Source of the DNA: an uncultured Acidobacteriota bacterium
Lineage (GTDB): Bacteria > Acidobacteriota > Vicinamibacteria > Vicinamibacterales > SCN-69-37
Length of the DNA stretch: 64,000 nucleotides
Assembly (NCBI GenBank): GCA_963780895.1
Contig: CAWAEG010000007.1
Location: 128,289 to 192,288, forward strand
Direction: 5' to 3'
Position numbers and translations under genes: made by a program. Positions 51,961 through 61,177 of this stretch are shown one piece after another. Every line of letters begins with the position of its first letter. Within the stretch, counting starts at the first letter, position 1. Under the pieces are notes generated by a model. It was not told where the DNA came from, made no database searches, and saw only the letters and a program-made list of their open reading frames with translations.

Positions 51961-52824
51961 TTATTTGATCCCGCGCGCGACTGTCCAGTTCCGGCGGGTA
52001 TTCCCTGGCCCGGTGGCCGTGCCGGTCATGCGGTCGACGGTCACCTGGCCGCTGTACGAGATACCGCCGGCGGAAAAGGTGATCTGATCGCCGCGCAGAG
52101 CGGCGTTTTCGATGTTCACTCCCGCGCCCCCGACGGTGGCTGTTCCTGTGAACCTCTGGAACGTCTGCGTCAGCGCGAGCTCCAGACCACCGCCGCGCCA
52201 GGTCCCGTCGACTTTGGCCGGGACGATGTGCAGCAGGACGTCGCACCAGCTCCCGCATTCACCTTCCATGCGGACTCGCTCATCAGGTTCCCACCCGGTC
52301 GCCGTGAACGTATTCAGGACAACGCGCGTGCCGGGCTTGAGAGAGAGAATCTTGTCCTTCAACTTGTCGAGGTTCGACGGCAGAAGGAACAGCGCCAGCA
52401 CAGTGGCTTCCTGGAACTCCGCCTCGTACATGTCGCCCTGGACGAAGGTCGCCTTCTCCGCGACGCCGGCTTCTTTGGCCATCCTCCGGGACAGCTCGAC
52501 CATCTCCGGGTTGTATTCGAAACCGACCGCCTTCGCGCCTCGTCTGGCCGCCGCGATGACGTTCCGGCCGTCTCCCGATCCCAGATCGACCACGAAGTCC
52601 TTATCGGTGACTTTCGCCATGTCGAGCATTTTCTCGACGACCGTTGGATGCGTCGGCACCCAGACGACGTCCTTGCCCGACATGCCGACGGTCGGCTCGA
52701 AACGCGGCTGCTGCGGTGGCGGCTGTGGTGGTGGCGCTTGCTGACGCGCGGCCAGAGGCGAGGCCAGAAGACAGACCGCGAATGCGGCGCTCAGGCCAGA
52801 CAGAAAGCGACTTCGCGTGAACAT
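51961..52824 (-). CDS. secreted class I SAM-dependent methyltransferase with C-terminal beta domain
   Basis: Signal peptide. Motif I is VVDLGSGDGRNVIAAARRG, with post-I GFEYNPEMV. Confidence 0.8.
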   Translation of the reverse strand: MFTRSRFLSGLSAAFAVCLLASPLAARQQAPPPQPPPQQPRFEPTVGMSGKDVVWVPTHPTVVEKMLDMAKVTDKDFVVDLGSGDGRNVIAAARRGAKAVGFEYNPEMVELSRRMAKEAGVAEKATFVQGDMYEAEFQEATVLALFLLPSNLDKLKDKILSLKPGTRVVLNTFTATGWEPDERVRMEGECGSWCDVLLHIVPAKVDGTWRGGGLELALTQTFQRFTGTATVGGAGVNIENAALRGDQITFSAGGISYSGQVTVDRMTGTATGPGNTRRNWTVARGIK

Positions 52825-52983
52825 GGCGCGGCCTCCTGCAGGGGGAAATCCAGTATGTCACGCGGATCGATCAAGGAGAGCACAAGCTTGCCGTCCTGGT
52901 CGCCTCGATGCCGCGACGCACGGAGCTCACCAACTGCCGCCTTCGGGGCAAGAGCGGGGGAGTAGACTTCGATCGCAGAGACC

Positions 52984-53193
52984 ATGAGCCGGCAACGCAT
53001 CTGGCGTGTGCGGAAGCGCTACGACCACATCGATGCCGAGATCCAGCGCCTGAGCTCGGACTGGGAGCTGCGGATCACTCGCAACGGCCGTCGCTTGCTC
53101 TCCTGGCGCTTTCCCACTCGCGCGGCGGCGTCCGCCGACGCCGCGTCACGCCTGCGGGAGCTCGAGCGATCGGGATGGCAGAGCCACTGGTAG
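52984..53193 (+). CDS. hypothetical small protein (69 aa)
   Basis: ORF only, with a weak RBS and no motif. Confidence 0.3.
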   Translation: MSRQRIWRVRKRYDHIDAEIQRLSSDWELRITRNGRRLLSWRFPTRAAASADAASRLRELERSGWQSHW

Positions 53194-53445
53194 CGTGATC
53201 GTGTCAGTCTTCGACCGGCGCCAATAGAGTGGAGCGCAAGTCATGCGCTCTTCCGAAACCACCGCCAGATGGCAATGGGCTCACCAAATGTCGTGACCCT
53301 GTCGCGCCGCCCATGACTTCTCTCTGGCGCCTCTCAATTGACGCCAGTTTCACAGCAAATCCTCGGCCGCCGTCCGCGCCTGCTTGGCGCGTTCCTTGCG
53401 AAGAAGACGTCGCGCAAGGACGACGTTCGTTTGAAGGAGGGACAG

Positions 53446-54414
53446 TTGTCACGTTTCCTAAACACGCGTGTGCTCGTCGGATCGCTGATGCTCCTCGCCA
53501 TGCTTGCCGGCAGTCCGCGAGCCGCGCTGGCGCAACTCAGCGGGTTCAACATCAAAGGTGATATGGGCCTCAAGTCCGGTTCTCAGGCGCCCCCCGGCGG
53601 ATACATCGCCCTGTTCCTGTACCGGTACGGCGCGGATGAAATCCGGAATCGCTCGGGGGATCGATTGCTCCCGAACGCCGACGGCGATATCACGGTGGGG
53701 CTTGGCGCCGGACTGATCAGCGTCGTCACCACGAAGAAGCTCCTTGGAGCCAACTACGGCTTCGCTGCGGGGCCGCTCGTGTTCCTCAACAGCTCGCTCG
53801 AATCGCCGACGTTCAATCAGGATCCGTCAGCGGGCTTCGGCGACATTTTCTTCATGCCGATCAGCCTCGGCTGGCACGCGACGCGCGCGGACGTAACCAC
53901 CAGCTACAGCATTTTCCTGCCCACCGGCCGCTATGAGGCCGGTGCCGACGACAACACCGGTCTGGGTATGACGGGCCACGAGCTGGCGCTCGGCACGACG
54001 GTGTTCCTGACCGAGAACAAGGCCTTTCACGCCGCCACGAACGCGGCGTTCGAGTTTCACTCGGGCAAGGAGGACTCCGACGCCAAGGTGGGAACGATGC
54101 TGACGCTCGAGGGCGGAATTGGTCGCGACATCTTCAAGGGTGCCGGCAGCGTCGGCTTGATTTACTACGCGCAGTGGAAGCTGACCGACGACACGATCAC
54201 GGGACTTCCTGGCCTGCTCGTGGAGGGGAAGAATCGCGTCTTTGCGCTCGGTCCGGAAGTGACGATCCCCCTCGCGACGAAAGCGAAGCTCTTCGGGTTC
54301 TTCACGTTTCGTTACGAGTGGGAGACGTACGCCCGGACGTCGCTGAAGGGAAACGCGCTAGCGGTCATGTTCACGTTCCTGATGAAACCGATGAGCCTCT
54401 CGCCGGCGAAGTAG
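53446..54414 (+). CDS. outer-membrane beta-barrel 'transporter' (MetA-pathway/phenol-degradation-like) protein
   Basis: TTG start at 53446, 5 nt after GGAGG. Signal peptide ...LAGSPRAALAQ. Beta-strand alternation with the family-typical FGDIFFMPISLGW. Confidence 0.65.
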   Translation: MSRFLNTRVLVGSLMLLAMLAGSPRAALAQLSGFNIKGDMGLKSGSQAPPGGYIALFLYRYGADEIRNRSGDRLLPNADGDITVGLGAGLISVVTTKKLLGANYGFAAGPLVFLNSSLESPTFNQDPSAGFGDIFFMPISLGWHATRADVTTSYSIFLPTGRYEAGADDNTGLGMTGHELALGTTVFLTENKAFHAATNAAFEFHSGKEDSDAKVGTMLTLEGGIGRDIFKGAGSVGLIYYAQWKLTDDTITGLPGLLVEGKNRVFALGPEVTIPLATKAKLFGFFTFRYEWETYARTSLKGNALAVMFTFLMKPMSLSPAK

Positions 54415-54447
54415 CCAAGTCAGACCAGACAAGCGAGGACCCACAAC

Positions 54448-55326
54448 TCATGACCACCAGTCCGCCAGGATCGCCGCCCAGGGCATCTCGGTGTACAGCA
54501 AGATCAAAATGAAGACCGCGACGTAGGCGCCGCGCAAGGCCCTCTGATCCGTACCACACTGCGTCAGGCCCATGGTGGCGAGAAGCCACCCAAACCCGGC
54601 GACCGGCGCGAGAGCGTACGTCGTCGCACAAAACGCGAGCAGCGCTGCGTGGCGCGCGACCTGAATTCGTCCCTCTGACGGGATCAGAAACGTCAGGGCG
54701 ATCAGCGCCTCGAGGACGAGTCCGCCCCACGTGGCGATCGCGGCAAATGCGCGAAGACGTGGCGGCTCGACGAATGCCGGCGGATGGAGGAGCTCGGCGC
54801 CTTCCGGCAGCGGCTCCAGAAACTTGCGATTCTCCGCCATCTGGTCCCGGGAGAGCCCGCCGAACACCAGCGACGCGTCGGCGAACCGCTCGTCGGTGAG
54901 CAGCGCCACCCTGAAGAACCGGCCATCGACGTAGTCAGCCGACAACACCGCTTTCCACACGACCGCCATCGCGAACATCGCGCCCAGGAGCCATCGACTG
55001 CTCGTTGACAGCGTTGCCGCAGGCAAGGGACTCGAGAGCGCGAGGCCGATCGCCAGACACCAGTACGCGAGCAGGTAGATGTGGTTGTCGGACAGCGGCC
55101 AGACCGCCACGATCCTGGCCGCAACGAGTGCGGCCACAACCATCCAGGTGATCGGTGCGCGCCTCACCGCTCGAAAGACCAGCGACAGGCAGGCCGCTGC
55201 CAGGACGAACGGCGCCACCCACCAGACGTCGAAAGGCCGCAGCAGCAGGATGATGGCGGTCAACGTGAGGACGACGTCGGGAACCCCGCCGTCGTCAACG
55301 GATGGGCGCAGGAGGTGAGTCCACAC
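54448..55326 (-). CDS. polytopic membrane protein, unknown family
   Basis: GTG start at 55326 chosen just upstream of the stop of the preceding gene (short overlap). About 8 hydrophobic segments. The upstream part of the track ORF is out of frame over that gene. Confidence 0.55.
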   Translation of the reverse strand: MWTHLLRPSVDDGGVPDVVLTLTAIILLLRPFDVWWVAPFVLAAACLSLVFRAVRRAPITWMVVAALVAARIVAVWPLSDNHIYLLAYWCLAIGLALSSPLPAATLSTSSRWLLGAMFAMAVVWKAVLSADYVDGRFFRVALLTDERFADASLVFGGLSRDQMAENRKFLEPLPEGAELLHPPAFVEPPRLRAFAAIATWGGLVLEALIALTFLIPSEGRIQVARHAALLAFCATTYALAPVAGFGWLLATMGLTQCGTDQRALRGAYVAVFILILLYTEMPWAAILADWWS

Positions 55327-55777
55327 GGTAGACGAATTCACGGATGAGATGAGTCGTCGCCGCGAGGGTGTCGGGTGCGTACTCGATTCGCCATGCCTCG
55401 ATGCGAACGGTCTCCACCGCACGCCGGTACCTGCGCTCGCGGGCGACGACCCCGCGGGCCAGGCGCGACAGCATGACGTCTCCCGGCAGCACCGCCGCGC
55501 GGGTGGCCGCGTCCTCGAGAGATGGCGGAATCGCGATCTCCTCCGATCGGTCGGGCGCGGTGACGAACACCCGCACGTGTCGCCGGCCGACATCGTCCGT
55601 CGTGGAGAACATGCCGAAGCCGCCGCCCTTCCACGGACTCAAGTTGGCGGTTCTGGAAAGCGTCACCTGCGTACATGCCACGGCGACCAGCAGCCCGACG
55701 GGGAGCACGGCGCGCCAGGCGATCCGGGTCACTTCAGCACGACCACGAGCCCTGACGCGTCGCAAGACGCGGGCCAC
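55295..55777 (-). CDS. membrane-anchored hypothetical protein
   Basis: Single TM segment AWRAVLPVGLLVAVAC followed by a soluble domain. The start is uncertain (GTG 55777 or 55732). Overlaps the downstream membrane-protein gene. Confidence 0.5.
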   Translation of the reverse strand: MARVLRRVRARGRAEVTRIAWRAVLPVGLLVAVACTQVTLSRTANLSPWKGGGFGMFSTTDDVGRRHVRVFVTAPDRSEEIAIPPSLEDAATRAAVLPGDVMLSRLARGVVARERRYRRAVETVRIEAWRIEYAPDTLAATTHLIREFVYRVDSPPAPIR

Positions 55778-55916
55778 TTCCTCCTCGCCCGAGCGTGGAA
55801 CAGCCGTTTGGCCGCGAGCCGTCAGCGCACCGGGCACAGGCAGCCATCCACGACATTCCGTGGAAGCCGGCGCTGACTTGCCAACCGATGCCAGAAGGCG
55901 CAAGACTCAGCCAGGC

Positions 55917-56885
55917 ATGCGACTACGACGCGCGATTGTGCTCGCAGCCGGAGCCGTTCTGCTGCCAGCCATCGCCTCCGGCCAGACTTGAGCAGGTTGA
56001 AGCAATCCCTACCTCCCAGGTTGGCGAGGTGTGCTCACGGATGGCATGGCGACGGGCCGGCTGCAATTGAGCGGTTGGTTCCTGGCCGAAGACCGCGATA
56101 CGCCATATGAGGGGTCGGACAAGACTCCCAATCCGCTCGAGGAGCGGACGCGCGTGCGCGTGTGGCTGCTGACAGGTGATCTCCGTCTGACGAAAGCCTT
56201 CGGCGTCCAGGTGACAGCCACCGTTCCTGACGTGACACGCTCCGCCGTCGTGGAGCGGTCAGCCTCGACGTTCGATTTCAGCGAGACGTTCTACGGCACA
56301 GGCGATACGTCCGTGATTGCCTGGCGCCGATACGCGACCTTCGGCTGGAATCTCACGGTGAACGGTGGAGTGTCGCTTCCCACCGGCAAAACCGAACGTC
56401 CGCGCTTCCGAACGGAGCTGGACGACGGCAGTCTGGTGCCGACGTCGCGGCTGCAACGCGGGACCGGCACGTTCGATCCGATCGTCGGCATGAGCATGAA
56501 CAAGCTCATCGGCCAGATTTTTCCACCGGGCCTGCGCGTCTTCATGAGTAGCGCCGCCCGCGCGCCGCTCGTGGAAAACGAGTTTGGCTTGCGCACCGGC
56601 GCGTCGTGGGAAATCGGCGCGGGCGCGTCCCGCGAAGTGAAATGGCACCCGCTCATCGCCATCGGCCGGATCAGCTGGCTGCATCGCGAGCGCGATGTGT
56701 TCGAAGACACGCCGGTGCTCGTCGGCGGCGGGAATTGGCTGTACCTCGCGCCCGCGGTCGCACTCGCTCTCGGCAAGGTGACGATACAGGCTGAACTCAA
56801 GGTGCCGGTGTATCGCGATCTCGCCAATCGGCAGTTGGACGCGGCGCGCAGCGTTCAGGTCGGCGTCGTCTGGCAGCCGTTCTAG
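55917..56885 (+). pseudogene. outer-membrane beta-barrel 'transporter'-family gene whose signal peptide is cut off by two in-frame TGA codons
   Basis: MRLRRAIVLAAGAVLLPAIASGQT (55917-55988), then TGA at 55989 and TGA at 55998. The same frame continues as the barrel body (track ORF 56031..56885, ending ...VQVGVVWQPF). Confidence 0.55.
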
Positions 56886-57031
56886 CTTCTGAAAGATCCC
56901 GAACGGCATCACCGGCTGGATGTTGAGCTGCGTGCCGGTCGCGTCGCGATCGCCCAGTCCGAAATCCCAATTGCCCTGGAGGCAAGGTAATAACAACACC
57001 TGGACGTTCCGAAACAACCGAACAGGAGTGG

Positions 57032-57616
57032 CTACTTCGGCGGGCGCTTCTGCAGTGAGACGGCAAGTGCCTCCGCGTAGGTGACGACGATGGTGTCTCC
57101 GAGACGGAGCTTCGCCAGGTTGGCGACGTCGTCCACCTGGACCGTCACGAGGTTGCCTTTCGGGCCCGCGAGCGTCACGGACTTGGTTGGCTGGTCGAGA
57201 CCCTGCACGGTGGCCACGATTTTCAGGATGCGCAGGGCACCCCCCGCTGGCTCGGTTCCGGCCGGCGCCTTGGCGGTTTCCTTGAGCACCTGGATGGGAT
57301 TGGCTTTCTCCTGCTCGGTCGGCGGCCGCAATTCGGCCGCATAGGCGACGTAGTAGTCAGCAGTCACTTCGTCGCCGACCTTGACTTCGTTGAGCCGCGT
57401 GACGCGCTTGTCCACGGTGAAGGTGACGACGTTGCCGAGCGGTCCTCTGAGCGTCACCTCGCGCGTCGCGAGGTCGATGGCCTCGACTTTTGCAGTGACG
57501 GAGACTTGAACGGCGTCTTTCTTGGTCAGTGGTGCCTGCGCCTGCGCCAAGACAGAAGCGGGGACGATCAGGCCAAGAACGAGGGTACACAACAGGCGGT
57601 GGAAGGTAGTTGTCAT
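57032..57616 (-). CDS. secreted protein with two similar beta-rich repeats
   Basis: Start at ATG 57616 (MTTTFHRLLCTLVLGLIVPASVLAQA). The repeated pattern is V..ID...R.VTL.GP.GN.VT..V.D......K.GD.V...Y. The upstream track ORF part translates a tandem repeat. Confidence 0.65.
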   Translation of the reverse strand: MTTTFHRLLCTLVLGLIVPASVLAQAQAPLTKKDAVQVSVTAKVEAIDLATREVTLRGPLGNVVTFTVDKRVTRLNEVKVGDEVTADYYVAYAAELRPPTEQEKANPIQVLKETAKAPAGTEPAGGALRILKIVATVQGLDQPTKSVTLAGPKGNLVTVQVDDVANLAKLRLGDTIVVTYAEALAVSLQKRPPK

Positions 57617-57703
57617 GTCCCGGACTATCGCTGAGAACTCGCGCAGTTTCAAGGCTTTGATCACGGCAGGCAGTGAGGGCCACGGCAGGCTGCTGCGCAG
57701 CCT

Positions 57704-57943
57704 GAACTTTAAACTTCGAACTTCAAACTTCGAACTGAAAACCCGACTCGTGGAAGGGTTGACCGAGGCAACCTCGACTCCACCCATCCCGCAGACGTCC
57801 CGGGTCTTCAGTTCGAAGTTTCCGTTACTCCTGTTCGTGGAAGGGTTGACTGAGGTCCAACCTCGACTCCACCCATCCCGCACACGTCCCGGGTTTTCAG
57901 TTCGAAGTTCGAAGTTCAAAGTTCGAAGTTTCCGTTACTCCTG
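57704..57943. repeat. family C composite repeat: two tandem ~87-110-bp units flanked by inverted TTCGAAG/TTCAAAG short tandem repeats
   Basis: Unit 1 is 57747-57833 and unit 2 is 57834-57943 (..cgtggaagggttgac.gagg..aacctcgactccacccatcccgca.acgtcccggg.tttcagttcgaag..tttccgttactcctg). gaactttaaacttcgaacttcaaacttcgaactgaaaacccg (57704-57745) is the inverse of cgggttttcagttcgaagttcgaagttcaaagttc (about 57890-57925). Confidence 0.8.
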
Positions 57944-58696
57944 CCCCAGGTTTTCGAGGGCGTACCTCAACGGCACACTCGAAACCTTGATGACTCCGTC
58001 GAACGGACCGTCGAGCTCGAGGATCAAGAACACGGCGCCGGCGACCGACATCGCCGAGACCGCGAGCACCGCAACGACTGTGGCGTTGCGGGGCGCGAAA
58101 AGGCCGAAGCTCGTGAACGTCACCGTCAGCCAGAAGATCACGACGACCAGAAAAGGAAACGGCACCGCGCCGCCGCTGCTCAGAATCCGCCAGCGTGCCT
58201 TGACAATCTCCTCGCTGAGCTTCAGCGCCTCGGCTTTGAACCAGCGCTGAGCGTCGTTCTGCGGCGACAGGCTCAGAATCTGGTTCTCGATCTCTTCGAT
58301 CGGCGGCGTGGCCCCCGGCGCGTCAAGGCCTGTCCCGGCGGCGGCGTTGGCGGGCCAGATCGCCTCGATGCGGAAAGCGACCGCGCGGCGAATCAGATCC
58401 CGCGTCGGTCTGGTCTCGGGACCAAAGCGCGCAAGGTGACGGTCGAGCGTGAGAATGTTGGCGGCGCTGTTCCGGAGCGCGACGTCGTGTGCGTCGAACG
58501 CGCTTCTCGCCGCGGCCGTGACGAGGCCCAGCAGGAGCGCGGTCATCGTGGCCACCAGCCCGATCCCGAGCCGCACGACATCCTGCGACTCTTTGCTGAG
58601 GTGCGTTGGCGGCAGCCAGTTCCGCACGAACGTCGCGGCGACAGCCGAGCCGAAGGTGCAGACGAACGTGATCGACGCGATCAGGAGAGGAGGCAT
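57935..58696 (-). CDS. membrane protein, DUF4239-like (by recollection)
   Basis: Start at ATG 58696 (MPPLLIASITFVCTFGSAVA), with GGAGAGGAGG upstream. One N-terminal and two C-terminal TM helices. The upstream track ORF part overlaps the sulfatase 3' end out of frame. Confidence 0.6.
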   Translation of the reverse strand: MPPLLIASITFVCTFGSAVAATFVRNWLPPTHLSKESQDVVRLGIGLVATMTALLLGLVTAAARSAFDAHDVALRNSAANILTLDRHLARFGPETRPTRDLIRRAVAFRIEAIWPANAAAGTGLDAPGATPPIEEIENQILSLSPQNDAQRWFKAEALKLSEEIVKARWRILSSGGAVPFPFLVVVIFWLTVTFTSFGLFAPRNATVVAVLAVSAMSVAGAVFLILELDGPFDGVIKVSSVPLRYALENLGQE

Positions 58697-58749
58697 CGTC
58701 TTACATCGCGGACGGCGCAGGCGGATCGAGACACCGCCCTCCGGCGACG

Positions 58750-61131
58750 CTACTGCCGGGCCATCGCGATACGGACCGCCTCCTCCGGTGAAATCAGGTG
58801 GTCGGCGTCCTCGGCGGCCTCGTCGATGGCGAGCTGCACGCCGCGGACGGTGCCGGTGAATTCGGTTGTTGGACCGTAGTCCTCGGCTACCGCCGATCCG
58901 GTGTCCATTCCGACATCGCAGCCGTCGTCGCACGAGAAGATCATCGGAGCTGTGGCTCGGACGGAACCCCCTCCGACCTTCTGGCCGTCGACGAACAGCG
59001 ACACGTCCCCGCCCTTGGACAGGCCACCACCCTCGTACTTGAACTCCATCCGCACCTGGTGGCGCCCCGACGGGATCGCGCTGGTCGCTTCGGCATAGAA
59101 GTACTCGATGCCGAGCAGGTTGTAGCAATACTTCAGCTTGCCGCCCTTGCAGTAGAGCGCCCAGCCGCCGATGTTGCCGCCCTGCGCGATGATCACGCCT
59201 TCGGCCCCCGGCTTCGGAACTTCGATCTCCGCCGTGACTGAGTGCGACTTGTTCTTGATGCTGATCACCGAGTTCTCGGACAGACGGCCCATGCCGCCGA
59301 AGAGAATCTGGGTCTTGCCTCGAACGAGCACGGGCCGGCCGGCCAAATCCGGGTTGAATCGTTCGGCGCCCCGGTCGTCGAGGGGCAGGACGTTGTAGCG
59401 CATCGCCTCGAGCAACCAGAGGCGCTGCAGCTGGTGCAGTTTGTCGGGGAACTCCCGTGAGAGATCGCGTGCCTGCGACCAGTCCTTGTTGGTGTCGTAG
59501 AGCTCCCACACGTCGTCGTCAAACTGCGGTGTCTTCTCGCCGACGAGCAGCCACGGGGTCTTGTGACGTGTGACCGCCGTCCATCCCTTGTGGTAGATCC
59601 CGCGATTGCCGAACATCTCGAAGTACTGCGTCTCGTGCCGCTCTTCGGCTTTTGCGCCGTCGAACGAGTACAGCATGCTGACGCCTTCGATCGGTTTTTG
59701 CTGAACGCCGTTGACCGAGATGGGCTCGGGCAGACCGGCCGCTTCGAGGATGGTCGGCGCGACGTCGATGACATGACAGAACTGCGAGCGGATCTCGCCC
59801 TTGGCCTTGATGCCGTTGGGCCAGGAGATGACCGTGCCGTTGCGCGTGCCGCCCCAGTGCGACGCCACCTGCTTCGTCCACTGATACGGCGTGTTCATTG
59901 CGTGGGCCCAGCCGACCGCGTAGTGGTTGTAGGATTCAGGGCCGCCGAGCTGGTCGATCCGCGCATTCAGGAACTCGGGCGTCTCGAGCGCGGCCATGCC
60001 GTTGAAGTTGATCATCTCGTTGAAGGTGCCCTGCAGGGTCCCTTCCGCGGAGGCGCCGTTGTCCCCGAAGATGTAGTAGATGAGCGTGTCGTCGAAGATC
60101 GTCATCTGCTTCAGCGTCTCGAACAGACGACCGACGTGATGATCGGTGTAGTCGAGGAAGCCCGCGTAGACTTCCATCTGGCGCCGCAGGATCGGCTTCA
60201 TGTTCTCCGGCATCTCGTCCCACGCTGGAATCTGCTCGTGTCGCTTCGTCAGCTCGCAGTCGGCCGGGATCACGCCGAGCTTCTTCTGCCGGGCAAACGT
60301 CTCTTCCCGCAGCTTGTCCCAGCCGCCATCGAACTGACCCCTGTACTTGTCGGCCCATTCCTTCGGCACGTGATGCGGGGCGTGTGTTGCGCCCGGCGCG
60401 AAGTAGATGAAGAACGGCTTGTCAGGGATGAGCGCCTTCTGCTGACCGATCCAGGCGATCGCCTTGTCGGTCATGTCTTCCATGAAGTGATATCCCTGCT
60501 CGGGCGTCTTTTTCACTTCGATCGGCGTCGTGCCCTCGTAGAGCGAGGGATACCACTGGTGCGCTTCGCCGCCGATGAAGCCATAGAAGTACTCGAACCC
60601 GCCACCGCCGGTCGGCCAGGCGTCAAACGGACCCGCCGGGCTCGTCTCCCACACCGGCACTTCGTGGCACTTGCCGAACTGGGCGGTCGCGTACCCGTTC
60701 AGCTTCAGCGTTCTGGCAAGGGGCGATGCGGTATTCGGCAGGACTGAGCAATAGCCCGGAGCGCCGGTGGCAATCTCCGTGATCCCGCCCATCCCGACCG
60801 AGTGGTGGTTGCGGCCGGTCAGCAGCGCCTGACGCGTTGGTGAGCAGAGTGCCGTCGTGTGAAAGCGGTTGTACTTCAGGCCGCCGGCAGCGAGTTTCTC
60901 GGCGTTGGGCGTCTGGCACGGGCCGCCGAACGCGCTCGACGCGCCGAACCCGACATCGTCAATCAGGATCACGAGGACATTCGGCGCGTCCTTGGGCGGG
61001 CGCAGCAGTTCGATCTTCGGGTTCTTCGTATCGGGATCTTTCGCGTCGTAAGTGACCAGACCCTTTCGAGGCCCATCGGGGATCGGAAGGATGGTTCGTG
61101 GACGACTATCGGGCTGTCCGGTCTTCGCCAT
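58750..61131 (-). CDS. arylsulfatase (Cys-type formylglycine sulfatase)
   Basis: 793 aa. NVLVILIDDVGFG and the FGly motif ALCSPTRQALLTGRNHH. Confidence 0.9.
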   Translation of the reverse strand: MAKTGQPDSRPRTILPIPDGPRKGLVTYDAKDPDTKNPKIELLRPPKDAPNVLVILIDDVGFGASSAFGGPCQTPNAEKLAAGGLKYNRFHTTALCSPTRQALLTGRNHHSVGMGGITEIATGAPGYCSVLPNTASPLARTLKLNGYATAQFGKCHEVPVWETSPAGPFDAWPTGGGGFEYFYGFIGGEAHQWYPSLYEGTTPIEVKKTPEQGYHFMEDMTDKAIAWIGQQKALIPDKPFFIYFAPGATHAPHHVPKEWADKYRGQFDGGWDKLREETFARQKKLGVIPADCELTKRHEQIPAWDEMPENMKPILRRQMEVYAGFLDYTDHHVGRLFETLKQMTIFDDTLIYYIFGDNGASAEGTLQGTFNEMINFNGMAALETPEFLNARIDQLGGPESYNHYAVGWAHAMNTPYQWTKQVASHWGGTRNGTVISWPNGIKAKGEIRSQFCHVIDVAPTILEAAGLPEPISVNGVQQKPIEGVSMLYSFDGAKAEERHETQYFEMFGNRGIYHKGWTAVTRHKTPWLLVGEKTPQFDDDVWELYDTNKDWSQARDLSREFPDKLHQLQRLWLLEAMRYNVLPLDDRGAERFNPDLAGRPVLVRGKTQILFGGMGRLSENSVISIKNKSHSVTAEIEVPKPGAEGVIIAQGGNIGGWALYCKGGKLKYCYNLLGIEYFYAEATSAIPSGRHQVRMEFKYEGGGLSKGGDVSLFVDGQKVGGGSVRATAPMIFSCDDGCDVGMDTGSAVAEDYGPTTEFTGTVRGVQLAIDEAAEDADHLISPEEAVRIAMARQ

Positions 61132-61177
61132 CGTTACACCTCACTGAAACTGACCGCTGTCGCTTGGATTGCTTCGT

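Noticed and set aside
49771-52965. + strand ORFs 49771..50979 and 51274..52965
   Set aside because: They read through repeat A2 and lie antisense to the lipoprotein, YdjM-like and methyltransferase genes. No motifs were found.
55989-56000. TGA recoding (selenocysteine or an alternative genetic code) for the two in-frame TGAs
   Set aside because: TGA is used as an ordinary stop by many confident genes in this window. Two TGAs three codons apart in a signal-peptide cleavage region, with no evident SECIS-like hairpin, fit disruption rather than recoding.
57704-57943. A CRISPR array (also considered for 23963-24271)
   Set aside because: The units are contiguous or inverted, with no unique spacers of constant length. 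There are no cas genes in the window, and the palindromic arm structure is incompatible with a CRISPR array.
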